From: the human T2T-CHM13v2.0 reference genome, Homo sapiens
DNA length: 64,000 bases
Assembly: GCF_009914755.1 (NCBI RefSeq)
Contig: NC_060925.1
Reading direction: 5' to 3' (one strand)
Below the pieces are notes generated by a model. The model was not told where the DNA came from, did not search any database, and saw only the letters and a program-made list of their open reading frames with translations. This document shows, one piece after another, positions 1 through 13,900 of this stretch. Made by a program: the position numbers and the translations under genes. Within the stretch, counting starts at the first letter, position 1; the number at the start of each line of letters is the position of its first letter.

Positions 1-1171
1 CCTCCCTGCCCACATCTTCCTCGTCCCTCTGCCATCTCAAGACATCACCTGCTCCAGAGAGCGTCCTGGACCAAGCATGGTCAGGAAGCCCTCGGCTTAG
101 GCAGGGGCTCCCTGTCCAGTCAGGTAGCAGCCTCTGAGCAGGCAGCAGGTGACATTCATCTGCAGCTGTGGGCTACAGCGGGCGCCTCCTCCCCCACAGC
201 TGAGAAATGCAGCATTCGGAGCTCGCAGGCATGTGGCCTAAGCAGGAGGGACGCATTGCCCCACGGTTTATGGGGCGAAGCATGATTGAGTGGATGGGGC
301 ATCAGGGCTGTCTTTGGAAAGGACACCTTTCCTGTGATCCTTTGCCCGTCGGCAGCCAGTCCAAGCAAACACAGCCCCTGCTCCAGGCAGTCGGCAAAGT
401 GGCCTCCCCCACACCATGAAGGACGCTTTGAGCCCCTGGGAGCAGCCAGCAGCCAGGTGCAGCCCCACCAGCTTCAGAGTGGGCAGGACAGAGAGGCCCC
501 TGCCCGAGCAACAGCAGCAACACAGCCCTGGCTGCCAAGGTCCTAACAACCCTTCTCCAAAAGGCGTCTGTGCACAGCGGGGCTGACTCTCAGGCTGCCA
601 CCAGCTGGAATGGGGTGGGGCTGAGCCCACGAGGCTGCCAGACCCTGGGGACGCTGGTCCTCAAGGCCTCTCTGCTGAAGGGCATCGGGATACAGGAGCT
701 GGGGCAGGATCTTCCCTAGAAGCTTCTCAGCCCGTCCTCACTGATGAATCTCTTCCCTTAAAATGAATTTAGGTCCTTTAGCCCCAGACAAATAGACACA
801 CTCTCTAGCCCCTGGAAGGAAATGAGATTTTAATTTGGGATGATTTTATTCAGCAAATGCCCCCAAACCATGCACTTTTCAAAGGGAAACTCCAGGTTCA
901 GTCTCGCCTTTTGGGGATAGAAAAAAAGACTTTTTAAAATCTTTTTCATTCCCAGCTCAAACTGAGAAGGGAAAACCTGTTCCTCTCAAAGGGGTCTTTT
1001 CCTATTTTCTTCTACTTCAGAAAACAGTCTTTCCTCCTGTCTGACGTCGTGGCTCTAGGTTTTTCTCTGCTCTGTTCTTCATGGGCCCCTGCCTAATAAA
1101 TGTGTTACGATCAGAGGCAAGTTTACCACGGAGCTAATGATGCTCAAGCTTGGAGCCCTCATTTGCACGTG

Positions 1172-1375
1172 CAGTGTTGTGCTGGTAGCTGTTGAACAAC
1201 CAGCTCTCTAGGGGGAAAAGCCTGATCTGTGGCATTTGCCAATCTCCATAGTGCGAGTACTCCCACCACGGCCAATTCTCAGGCTACCAGCATGATGTCA
1301 TTGAGTGCAAAGTTGAGAGGAAAGATGTATAATTGGCTGTGATGAGTCAGTGCAAGCAGACATCAGCAGGCCAGG
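1172..1375. mobile_element. MER63-like hAT-Blackjack MITE
   Basis: CAGTGTTGTGCTGGTA...AACAACCAGCTCTC...TACTCCCACCACGGCCAATT...GCTACCAGCATGATGTCA matches recalled MER63A consensus. Confidence 0.7.
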
Positions 1376-1452
1376 TCACAGGCTGTCTCCAGGCCCCTGC
1401 AACTGAATACACAAGGAGTTATGTATTCTTTTCATTAAAAAAAAAATACCCA

Positions 1453-1743
1453 GGCTGGGTGCAGTGTAATCCCAGCACTTTGGGGGGCCACAGCGGGGGG
1501 ATCACTTGAGCCCAGGAGTTTTGAGACCAGCCTGGGTAACATAGGAGACTTCGTCTCTACTAAAAAGAAATAAAATTAACCAGGTGTGATGGCAAGTGCT
1601 TGTAGTCCCAGCTACTAGGGAGGCTGAGGCAGGAAAATTCTTGGGCTCAGGACGCTGAGGCGGCAGTGAGCCATGATCACACTGCTGCACTCCAGCCTGG
1701 ACGACAGATCAAGACCAAGACCCTGTCTCTCAACAAAAAAAAA
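1453..1743 (+). mobile_element. Alu SINE (AluJ-type)
   Basis: GGCTGGGTGCAGTG...ATCACTTGAGCCCAGGAG...GTGAGCCATGATCACAC...CCCTGTCTCT + A tail; J-type diagnostic positions. Confidence 0.9.
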
Positions 1744-2139
1744 TGAACAAACTATATAGACCTCAGACCCCAACAAACTGAGTCTGCCTCATTACGATGT
1801 AGGGGTGGGGGTTCTTAAAGAGGTAGGGCGTGTGACCAGCTGACCAGCTGCCTCTCCATTGGTGGCCCTGCCCCAGGCTATGCTTAGACCAGGCAGCATA
1901 GAGCTATCAGTGTGGGTGAACCCACCTTTCTACTTTGACACTGGAGGAGCATGGAGTTTCCTGGCTTCCGGTCATTTGAACTTCCTGAAAATGTACCCAA
2001 GCGCTGAACTACTAGCACCTTCTAGCATGTCCTGGCCAGAGGGGTCCCAGCCTGCTTTCCTTCCCCTTTCATCCTCCCCATGGTTCAGAGTTCCCCTCGG
2101 AGATCACAGCCTCCAGATGCAAACAGCCTGCCACCCTCA

Positions 2140-2390
2140 GGGCCAGGGTTGCAAGCACAGAGCCCTCGGGCCTTCCAGTGTTTTATACATATTTGAACCC
2201 ACATATAGAAATCTGGGAGTTTCACATGCAAACCCAGATGTATGACTTTTCTTGAAGAATCAGAAGACCTGACCTCCTGGCCCTAAATCCCCACATGGCT
2301 GCAACAGGCAGGACTGATGGACAGCCACAGCCTTGGGGGACAGGACGTGGGCCATCTGGCTTCCCAGGCCACACCCTCTCAGGCTATCTC
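2140..2390. mobile_element. Diverged hAT-Charlie element (MER102-like)
   Basis: GGGAGTTTCACATGCAAACCCAGATGTATGACTTTTCTTGAAGAATCAGAAGACCTG resembles recalled MER102 internal sequence. Confidence 0.4.
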
Positions 2391-2983
2391 CCCAGTGCTC
2401 AGGCTGAAGAGCAGTGGCCTTTTCTTATGGTGTCTGCACAGTGGTTTTTCTTAAAGAAATATTTCCCTCTACCCAGGTTTCTTCCAAAAGTGGGAAATGA
2501 AAGATAGTACAAGTGGGCCATGTGTTTCAAGAGAAAGCACGTAGCATATTTCTTTGTATGAGTGAAGAATGTTCCTCTTGGGGCTATTGCGCTGAACCAT
2601 TCCAGGGGATATATCACTCCGAAGTTTGTGGGAATGGCGCCTCCTAGAGTTGTGCATTGCACAGCACATGCAGCCTGATTCCTCTGTTTCCTATGCAAAC
2701 TGGAACAGTGTCAAAATAACTCCACTTAGGATGCTATCGTTCTCATACAGAATTGGCTACATCACACATGCATGGTGGAGTCTGCCCACCTCCAAGATCT
2801 CACAGAAATTCCAGCCAGGAATGATGAGGGCAGACATAGGAAGGCAGGGCCAGACGGCAGGGCCAACGTGGAAGGTGCCTGCAGAGACAGCATGAGAACT
2901 GCCTGATAGGCATCTCATGAGTCAGAGAACTAGCGGGCCAGGTAGAAGGTTGGCCTGAGTTGAGATTCAGGCAGGGGATCAAG

Positions 2984-2999
2984 CAGCGCCCTCTGCTGG
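2984..2999 (-). promoter_or_regulatory. CTCF core motif
   Basis: CAGCGCCCTCTGCTGG, reverse complement CCAGCAGAGGGCGCTG, matches CCASYAGRKGGCRS exactly. Confidence 0.7.
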
Positions 3000-3039
3000 G
3001 CTGTCCCTTACTTTTGCATGGATCACCTTGCAGACTTCT

Positions 3040-3335
3040 GTTCCTCCTTCAGAGCCCAGCTAGGATGCTGACTCCTCCAGGAAGCCTTACCTTCTAGGAC
3101 GTTAGTCGTGCCCTGCCCTGGGCTTCCTCTGAACCCTGTACACACCCAACGTTGTACATCCTTCTCTGTGTGCTGTGATTCTGTTGCCATGATCTGGCCC
3201 CACTCCAAGAACAGTGCCTGGTTCATGATTGTGTACCTGGTAATGGGGACAGTGCTGGTGCATAAGTGGGACTCAATGAATAATTAATTAAATGCATGAA
3301 TGAATGGAGAAATGGATGGATGGATGGGTGGATGG
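3040..3335 (+). mobile_element. L2 LINE 3' end relic with TGAA/TGGA tail
   Basis: ACAGTGCTGGTGCATAAGTGGGACTCAATGAATAATT...TGAATGAATGG resembles the L2 terminus. Confidence 0.5.
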
Positions 3336-5496
3336 AAGACACGTAGGAATTCCAGCCCTGGGGACCCAGGCTGGGGCCCAGCATTAGAACTGGAGTACGG
3401 GCAGGGTTTAGTCAGGGTGAGCTCCTTTGGGGACCAGATTTTACCAGGAGAGAACCCTAACCTGGAGTCTCTCCATGAGCTCCTGGCTGAGTTTCTGAAA
3501 TCCTGCCACCCCCCACCCAGGAAAGCAGCTCCTGCTGGGGAGAATAGAAGCTGGAAGGGTAGCAGTCCGGCATCCAGGCCCCAGCTCAGCTCCATGGCTG
3601 TGAGTTCAATAGATGTCTACACTTTCCAAGGACATGGGTAACTGGTGCAGGAAATGTTGTGCACATTCCTCTTTGCACGACAGCTGGATTCACCCCCCAA
3701 AACCGCCCACCTCTGTGTCTCAGGGACACCAACCTGGACGTATGGGCCTAATTGCTGGCCCTTCCAGAGTACAAGTGGAAACACGTGGGCCAGTTGAGGG
3801 TAAAAAATGCAGTAAGTTAAAGGCTTCTGAGAGATAGTTACATAGTCAAAAAAAAAGGTCAAGAAAACTATTGCCAAAACCTGAAACTCTGGTCCTTGAT
3901 TAATTGACTCAATCATAGAGGCTTTGGCCTACCTCTCTGAAGTTGAATGAATTAGTTGATTAGTTGCACAAAGTTGCTGCACCAACAGGAGGAGGGAAGA
4001 GGTCATTGGTCTTTAGCTAATGGCACGTCCCAGCAAGTTGCTTACAACCTGCCCTGGGCACGTCGACCTGGAGAACTGGAGGTTGCAGGGTCCCTCCGCA
4101 CACTGGCTGTTGCCAAAAAAGGGATGTGGGGGCTGTGCTGGGCAGGACAGAGTGACCTTCCTCGAGGCTCCAGCTGTACATGGCCCAGATTTTATGCCCT
4201 TCCTCCAGCCTCCTTTCTTTCTCCTGCACTCCTCCCTCCCTTCCTTTCTGGTTCCCTCCCTCCATGTCCTCACGTTTTGACGCTTTGGGATTTGTTTTCT
4301 GACCCTTGGCCTCACTGCATGGGCAAGCCCCCTGCCTGTTTCTCTCCTGCCTGGAGAAGGGAGAATGGGAAAATGATACCTCTAGACAGATCTCGTCCAT
4401 GCTGCCTTGGCTTTGAGGAAAGAAATCACCACCCTTGTCATAATTATTGATGGGAACTGGATTTGCTGAGTTAGAGGTTGGGAGAAGGGTTGATATTATG
4501 GCCACAGGACTTGATTTGGTCAATAAAGCAAATTGGTTTAAGTGAAAATAAAGCAGCGCTCACAAGTATGTTAGAAGAATAAAGTAATTGCTGCCCAAGG
4601 TGCACGGAATATAAATCTCTGTTTGCTTGAAATTATTACAATGTCGTATTGATTACTTAGAACCTGCCATTGCCTTTTAAGTTATAGTTTATTAAAGGGT
4701 AATGTGTTTAACAAACATTTTCCCCGGCATGCACCATTGAAACACACAGAAGTTACACGGGCGCGTTCCCCCAAACCCCCACTGCAGCCTTTGGTTGTTC
4801 TGTGGTCACGTGATTAACTTTCCAGGCTCAGCTTGCAGGCACCAGGGTGGTCACCCACAGGGGTTCTGGTGAACTCAAGATCCTGCCAGAACCCTGGGAG
4901 AGGTGCATGGAAGGGCTCAGAATGCGCTGACCACACTGACGTGTTTTTTTGTTTACTGCTCTGCCTGGCCAACAAGATAAGTCCATGAAGTCACCAGCAC
5001 CGTCCATGTTTCTCACTGCTTCCTCGGCGTTCCTCCAGAACCAAGCGTTACACCCCAACACAGGATGTGTGCCATAAATACTGGTTGCATGAATGGCTAT
5101 TTTTTTTTAACTTCACTTTTTTCTTAATTAAAAATTTTTAATTACAAAGGCAAACAGGCTCATTATAACAAATGAATACAATTTTAAAATATTTTTCTAA
5201 TTAGAAAAATTAGGCGTACTCATAGTAGAACATTTATAAGACATGGGAAAGTACTAAAAGGATAATAAAAACCACCTATAATCCCATCACCCAAAAATAA
5301 CCTCTGTTTACATTTTGTTATATTTCCTGCCAGTTTGTTGTTGTTGTTGTTGTTGTTTTTTGCTATACTCATGCCTATGGGTATTTTTTCTTTTCACAAA
5401 GTTGATAATATAAGATGAGGTTTAGTGTTTTGCTTTTTTTTCACTTACCATTGTATAAAAGCATTTCCCCCGTCATTCACTGTTTCTCAAAACATA

Positions 5497-6189
<693 letters not shown>

Positions 6190-6372
6190 TAAAACACAGT
6201 TTTTAATGGCTGCGTAATATCCCATCTTCTGGATATGCTGTAATTTAGTCATTTCCTGTTGGACATCTGTGATGCTTCCAGTGTTCAGCACTATAAATAA
6301 TACTCTGATGAACATCCTTATAAATAAATTTTTCATCTCATCCCTGGGTATTATAAAAGGACAAGTTCTTAG

Positions 6373-6889
<517 letters not shown>

Positions 6890-6921
6890 TTAAAGCAACA
6901 GCTCTTGGCAGATGTCATGGA

Positions 6922-7079
6922 AAGGGACAGATTCTGGGTGTGCAACCTGTGCCGTTGTGTTAAACCAAGCTTAGTTTAATGCCTTGCTGCCGTATTCTCA
7001 AAATTCTTAATAGTTCTTAAAAAAGGGATCCCACATTTTCATTTTGCACCAGGTCCCACAAATCATGTAGCCCATCTTG
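6922..7079 (+). mobile_element. MER45A-like hAT-Tip100 MITE
   Basis: GGGTGTGCAACCTGTGC...AAATTCTTAATA...CACATTTTCATTTTGCACCAGGTCCCACAAATCATGTAGCC. Confidence 0.65.
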
Positions 7080-7084
7080 GTTGG

Positions 7085-7437
7085 TGTATTAGTCTGTTTT
7101 CATGCTGCTGATAAAGACATACCTGAGACTGGGAAGAAAAAGAGGCTTAATTGGACTTACAGTTCCACATGGCTGGGGAGGCCTCAGAATCATGGTGGGA
7201 AGCAAAAGGCACTTCTTACATGGCGGTGGCAAGAGAAAAATGAAGAAGATGCAAAAGCAGAAACCCCTGATAAACCTATCAGATTTCATGAGACTTTTTC
7301 ACTACCACGAGAACAGTATGGGGGCAACCGCCCCATGATTCAAATTATCTCCCGCCAGGTCCCTCCCACAACATGTGGGAATTATGAGAGTACAATTCAA
7401 GATGAGATTTGGGTGGGGACACAGCCAAACCACATCA
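7085..7437 (-). mobile_element. THE1 (MaLR) solo LTR
   Basis: TGTATTAGTCTGTTTTCATGCTGCTGATAAAGACATACC...GGGGACACAGCCAAACCACATCA; perfect 5-bp TSD GTTGG. Confidence 0.92.
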
Positions 7438-7637
7438 GTTGGGGAAGACTCTTTCCCACCGGTGTTGAGGAGTCAGGCCATCTCTAACCATTGAGGGTCT
7501 TTGTGCCAGGTCTCACCCTTCATCCCCATGAAAATCAAAGCTCAGAGCATGATCTCCTCTGTGCCCTGCTGCACTGAGCCTGAGAATTGTCGTACAAAGA
7601 GAACTTTCTATGCAGCTGAAGTTTACCCTTCAAACAC

Positions 7638-8076
7638 TGAGTCCATTTAGTGTTGCTATAACATAACACCTGAGGCTGGGTAATGTAGAAAGAAAAGGGG
7701 TTTACTTGGCACAGGATTCTGGCAGCTGGAAGGTTCAAGACTGTGCAGCTGCATCTGGTGAGGGTCTCACGCAGCTTCCACTCATGGTGGAAGGTGGGAG
7801 GAGAGCCAGCCTGTGCCAAGATAACACGTGGCAAGAGAGGAAGCAAGAGAGAGAAACCGAAGAAGCCAGACTCTTTAACAACTCGCTTTCTCCGGAGCTA
7901 TTTCATTCCCTCAGGAGGAAGAAATTACCCCTTCGGGAGAGAACTAATCTGTTCATGAGGGATCTGCCCTCATAACCCAGACATCTCCCACATGGCCCCA
8001 CCCCCAACACTGCCACACTGGAAATCAAATTTCAGCATGGGTTTCGGCAGTGACAAACCATATCCAAACCATAGCA
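7638..8076 (-). mobile_element. MST (MSTB-like, MaLR) solo LTR
   Basis: AGTCCATTTAGTGTTGCTATAAC...ATCCAAACCATAGCA; 5-bp TSD AACAC (7633-7637, 8077-8081). Confidence 0.85.
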
Positions 8077-8687
8077 AACACCAAAACTTATATATTATCG
8101 TGGTCATTCATGCCTCATTTATATTGCTTTTTATTTGAACCATAACTTGCTTATGCCGTTATTTTTGTTTCTTCTTTGAATTTCCAATTCTCCCTTTCAC
8201 TTTTTCTTAAATCTTGAAACAATCAGACATACTAAAAAGTTGGGAGTACAATTCAAAGAAACTTTTTTCTGAACCATTTGAAATTTGCCAGCCTGATGTC
8301 CCATCACCCCCCAAGTATTTTAGCATCTATGCAACAAAACATTTTCTCTGACAAAACCACATCAGAACTCTCAAATCAGGAAACAAACATTGATACATGT
8401 CTATCAACTAATCCTGTCTTCAATGACATTTTACCGATTGTTCCAATGATGTCAGCATCACGGGTCACATTTAATAGTTGCGTCCTTCAGTCTCGAGCAG
8501 TTCTTCATTTTGTCATTGACTTTTGTGACCTTGACATTTTTGAAGATTACAGACCAGTTACTTTATAAGGCTGCCCCTCAGTTTGGTTTTGTCTGATGTT
8601 TTCTTGTGATTAGACTCAGGTGGTGCATCTTGAGCAAGAGCCTCACATAAGGGATACTGAGCTCTGTCTGGTGGCCCAGGATTTCCA

Positions 8688-9846
<1,159 letters not shown>

Positions 9847-10369
9847 CAGGATTTCCATTTTACTCATGACTGGTGATGTTCACCTTGACCACTTAATTCA
9901 GGTGGTGTCTGCAAGGCTTCTCCACTGTAAGCTTACTCATTTTCTGTTTGTAGTTAATAAATATTTTGTGAGAAAGTACTTTCATAGTATATGCAAGTAT
10001 TCCCCATCAGACTTTCAGTTTTTATTCATTTGTTTATGTATAACCTTATTTTATTCAATGGATTATAATCTATTACCATTGTTATTTATTTCAGTGTTCA
10101 TGTTGTCTCAGATTTGGTTGGTGGACCTCCATTCAAGCTGGTTTCTGGGTCATTTGATATAAGCCCAATCATTCTTTGAGCACTTCCTTGCTTTCTGAAC
10201 AAGATGTTCCAGGCATATCTTGTACTTTCCTGAAATCAACCATTTCTCCAAAGAAACCTGGTTTCTTTTAGTGGAAAGTGGTGTTTAGAAGCCAAGATCT
10301 GGGCCTGAGTATGCTCACTGCTCCCAGGCCTCTCTCAGTAGATAGAGCTGGGGAATATATGTATCATAT

Positions 10370-10370
<1 letters not shown>

Positions 10371-10412
<42 letters not shown>
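10371..10412. repeat. (CA)21 microsatellite
   Basis: Perfect CA run. Confidence 0.97.
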
Positions 10413-10416
<4 letters not shown>

Positions 10417-10611
10417 TGGCCTTCCACATTCATGAGTTTCGCATCCGTGGATTCAACCAACAACGGGCCAAAAATATCCAGGAAAAAAATTGCATTTGTA
10501 CCAAACATATTTTTTTCTTATGATTATTCCCTAAATAAAACAGTATAAGAAATATTTACATAGCATTTACATTGTTACTAGGTATTATAAGTAATCTAAA
10601 GATGATTTAAA
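10413..10611. mobile_element. MER2-like TcMar-Tigger fragment
   Basis: GCATCCGTGGATTCAACCAAC...TTTACATAGCATTTACATTG...AGGTATTATAAGTAATCTAAAGATGATTTAAA. Confidence 0.75.
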
Positions 10612-10612
10612 T

Positions 10613-10800
10613 CAAGCTTGTCCAACCCATGGCTTGTGGGCTGCCTGTGGCCCAGGACAGCTTTGAATGTGGCCCAACACAAATTCATAAACTTTCCTAA
10701 AACATTATGAGACTTTTTTGCAATTTTTTTTTTTTTTAGCTCATCAGCTACCGTTAGTGTTAGTATATTTATGTGTGGCCTAAGAGAATTATTCTTCCAA
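10613..10800. mobile_element. MER30 hAT-Charlie MITE, right end missing
   Basis: CAAGCTTGTCCAACCC...GGCCCAGGACAGCTTTGAATGTGGCCCAACACAAATTC...TCATCAGCTA. Confidence 0.8.
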
Positions 10801-11094
10801 CATAATCTCCCTGTACACAACCAGTCTCACATCTCTGCCACCCCATGTGGGCCCCCTCCAAACCCAGACTCTGACACCCCTTGCAAGGGCACTCCACTGT
10901 GTGGACCCCCCACTCACCCGTCAATATGCCCTTATGCTGTTGTAAGGAGGATTCTGAAGCCATCTCCAGGCTCAGGGGAAACAGTGACGTGATTGATTAG
11001 TAATGTCTGCCATGAACAGAGGGACAGGAAGGGTTCCTGCCACACATATGCTGGCCCCGACTTAAGATGGTCAGTGTGAGCATTTATATTGATC

Positions 11095-11202
11095 AGGTGA
11101 CCATATCGTTTTGAGAGAGAAATAAGAATTAACAATTGCAAACAATAAAAGTTGACAGTTATGCTGGGCAACAGGCATTAACCAGGTCACTGGTCATGCC
11201 CT
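11095..11202. mobile_element. Possible MER94-like hAT-Blackjack relic
   Basis: AGGTGACCATAT...GGGCAACAGGCATTAACCAGG...TGGTCATGCCCT, with loosely inverted ends. Confidence 0.35.
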
Positions 11203-11350
11203 GTATGGGTACTGAGGAAGCACAGTTCTGGGTCTGCTCTGTGGTTTTCGACCCTCTGTGTTGGGCACATGTCTACAGTTTCCAGCAGCTCCTTTGCCAC
11301 CTCCCCCAACTCCTTGCCCTCTTCTGTAGACTGTGGGAGGGTCTGGCAAG

Positions 11351-12325
11351 CCTCCTTAAGGAGGAAGATTCCCATGCAGGGTGCGCCTTAGGAATGGAGG
11401 TGCCCATGGAGGGCACCCCTTAAGGGTGGAGGTGCCCGTGCAGGGTGCCCCTTAGGAGTGGAGGTGCTGGTGGAGGGTGCCCCCTTAGGAGTGGAGGTGC
11501 TGGTGGAGGGTGCCCCTTTAGGGGTGGAGGTGCTGGTGGAGGGTGCCCCCTTAGGGGTGGAGGTGCCCGTGCAGGGTGCCCCTTAGGGGTGGAGGTGCTG
11601 GTGTAGGGTGTCCCCTTAGGGGTGGAGATGCCCATGGAAGGTATCCCCTTAGGGGTGGAGGTGCTGGTGGAGGGTGCCCCCTTAGGGGTGGAGATGCCCA
11701 TGGAAGGTGCCCCCTTAGGGGTGGAGGTGCCCATGGAGGGTGCCTCCTTAGGGGTGGAGGTGCCCTTGCAGGGTTCCTCTTAGAGGTGGAGATGCCCATG
11801 GAGGTGTCCCTTAGGGGCGGAGGTGCTGGTGGAGGGCACCCCTTAGGGGTGGAGGTGCCCGTGGAGGGTGCCCCCTTAGGGGTGGAGGTGCTGGTGGAGG
11901 GTGCCCCCTTAGGGGTGGAAGTGCCCATGCAGGGTGCCCCTTAGGAGTGGAAGTGCTGGTGTAGGGTGTCCCCTTAGGGGTGGAGATGCCCATGGAAGGT
12001 ACCCCCTTAGGGGTAGAGGTGCTGGTGGAGGGTGCCCCCTTAGGGGTGGAGATGCCCATGGAAGGTGCCCCCTTAGGGGTGGAGGTGCCCATGGAGGGTG
12101 CCTCCTTAGGGGTGGAGGTGCCCTTGCAGGGTCCCTCTTAGAGGTGGAGATGCCCATGGAGGTGTCCCTTAGGGGCGGAGGTGCTGGTGGAGGGCACCCC
12201 TTATGGGTGGAGGTGCCCGTGGAGGGTGCCCCCTTAGGGGTGGAGGCACCCATGCAGGGTCCCTCTTAGGGGTGGAGGTGCCCATGGAGGGTCCCTCTTA
12301 GGGGTGGAGATGCCCGTGGAGGGTG
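11351..12325. repeat. G-rich VNTR, ~30-bp unit, ~32 copies
   Basis: Unit approximately CCCCTTAGGGGTGGAGGTGC(CCA/TGG)TGGAGGGTG; variant units recur at a 358-bp offset. Confidence 0.95.
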
Positions 12326-13444
12326 TTTTGACTTCTACTCGGGACTCACCAGGTCCCTTCTCATTTTCTTCCGGGTTGACCTTGTTGGCAGCAGGAAGCT
12401 GACCGTATTTGACCTTCTCCTGCCACCACAGAACCCCTTGGCCACCTCCCTCATCCTTATTCCCCCGATTGGTGCCCACAGAACCTGTGCTTGGCTGTCA
12501 GCAAAGGCGTCAGAAATGGGATGACTCATTTCCTCTCCAATGCCCTGGGGCATTCAGAAAGTCTACTTGTGGAAAAAGTGCTTTAGATAAAATGCAGTTG
12601 TGGACTGGCCCAGCTTTAGTTTAAATCTTTTCATCTCACAAATATTTTTAAGGACCCACTATCAATCAGACAATGTCCTCAAGTGATATGTGAGGTTCAT
12701 GAGTGATTAAAACAAAGACACCTGTGGGCCGGGAGAGACAAACAGAAAAGAAAAAAATGAGTAACTCAAGCATGTCAGAAAGTGATATGTGTTGTAGGAA
12801 GAAGAAAGAGCTCAGAGTAAGAATGGGAGGGTGAGGGCGGGAGGGTTTCATTCTTCAAGAACTTAGGAGAGCCTCCTGTGTGCCAAGCGCCCAGGCTTGG
12901 CCCTGGGGGCTCAGAGAAGAGGCTGGCCCCATCTCAGAGACCACAGCATCTATAGAGAGAGGAACATAAGAGACAGAGGTTAGGGGCTCTGGTGCTCGGA
13001 GGAGGAGTCTCAAAGGAATCTGAAAGAGGGAAGGAAGGAGGAGGAGGGTGTGCAAAGGAGGAGAATCCCAAGGAGTCATTGCAGGGGAGTGGAGGAGAGG
13101 GTGCAGGGAGTGGAGGAGAGGGTGAGTTTCTGGGAGGGGCTGGAGTGAGGCTAAGGGTGCCCAGAGGCAGAAGACAGCTGAGCTGACCTAGTAACTTTGG
13201 ATTTAAAAATCTGTGAATCCACAGCTCCCAGAGTGGTAGGAAGAGAAGCTGATACAGAGGGTTAATGGAGTGTTAAATGCAGATCTTTCTTTGGAGACCC
13301 TGGTCTGGGAGGGGAAGAACAAGATGATGGTTCCGGAGTCCAGTGAGCAAGTTTAACCTGGGCCACTCACCATTCCTTTTTGCCTCAAGAGTGTGGCCCT
13401 GATCCAGAGTCCTGAATGGGGAAGCCCAGGGCCTCCCACTGCCT

Positions 13445-13900
13445 GTGCCACCCAGCCACTCCCACCCGGCTTTCTCCCACCTGGACCTCCCCTCCCTGGC
13501 CCTGGCCACCTGGGCCCCTCCCATATGGTAGGGGCCTCGCCCTCTGTCCCCTCCCCATAATCCCTCCCACCTGGGCCCCTCCTACCTGGCCCTCTCCTAC
13601 CTGACCCTCTTTAACGTGATCTTTTCCTACCTGGCCCCCTCCCACCTGGCCCCTCACCTAACCACACCTACCTGGCCTCCTCGCAGCTGGCCCTCCCCTA
13701 CCTGACTCTGTCTCACACAGTCCTCTCCTACCTGGCCCCTCCCCCTGACTCCTCCCCACTGAACCCTGACACCTGCCCCTCCCACCCGGCCCTCTCCTAC
13801 CTGACCGTCTTTCACATGGTCCTCTCCTACCTGGCCCCTACCACCCGGCCCCCTCACCTGACCACACCCACCCAGCTGACCCTCTCTCACCTGGGCCTCT
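13445..13900. repeat. Degenerate C-rich minisatellite, ~15-bp unit
   Basis: Repeats of CCTACCTGGCCCCTC / CCCACCTGGCCCCTC; block at ~13586-13675 recurs 200 bp downstream. Confidence 0.8.

Larger units (their letters stand above)
1112..1790. mobile_element. hAT-Tip100 MITE (Arthur1-like), split by MER63 and Alu insertions
   Basis: Starts CAGAGGCAAGTTTACCACGGAGCTAATGATGCTCAAGCTT and ends AAACTGAGTCTGCCTC; flanked by 8-bp near-identical TSD GTTACGAT (1104-1111) / ATTACGAT (1791-1798). Family name from recalled consensus. Confidence 0.55.

Noticed and set aside
11351-12325. CRISPR-like array or Pro/Gly-rich protein
   Set aside because: Units are contiguous with no unique spacers, there are no cas genes and the context is eukaryotic; the ORFs are repeat translations on both strands.
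11351-12325. Interstitial telomeric sequence
   Set aside because: TTAGGG occurs at most once per 30-bp unit and never as tandem hexamers.
12344-12422. Minus-strand 70-nt exon-like segment ending CTG/GTGAGT
   Set aside because: Weak acceptor, unrecognised peptide and opposite to the inferred host strand.
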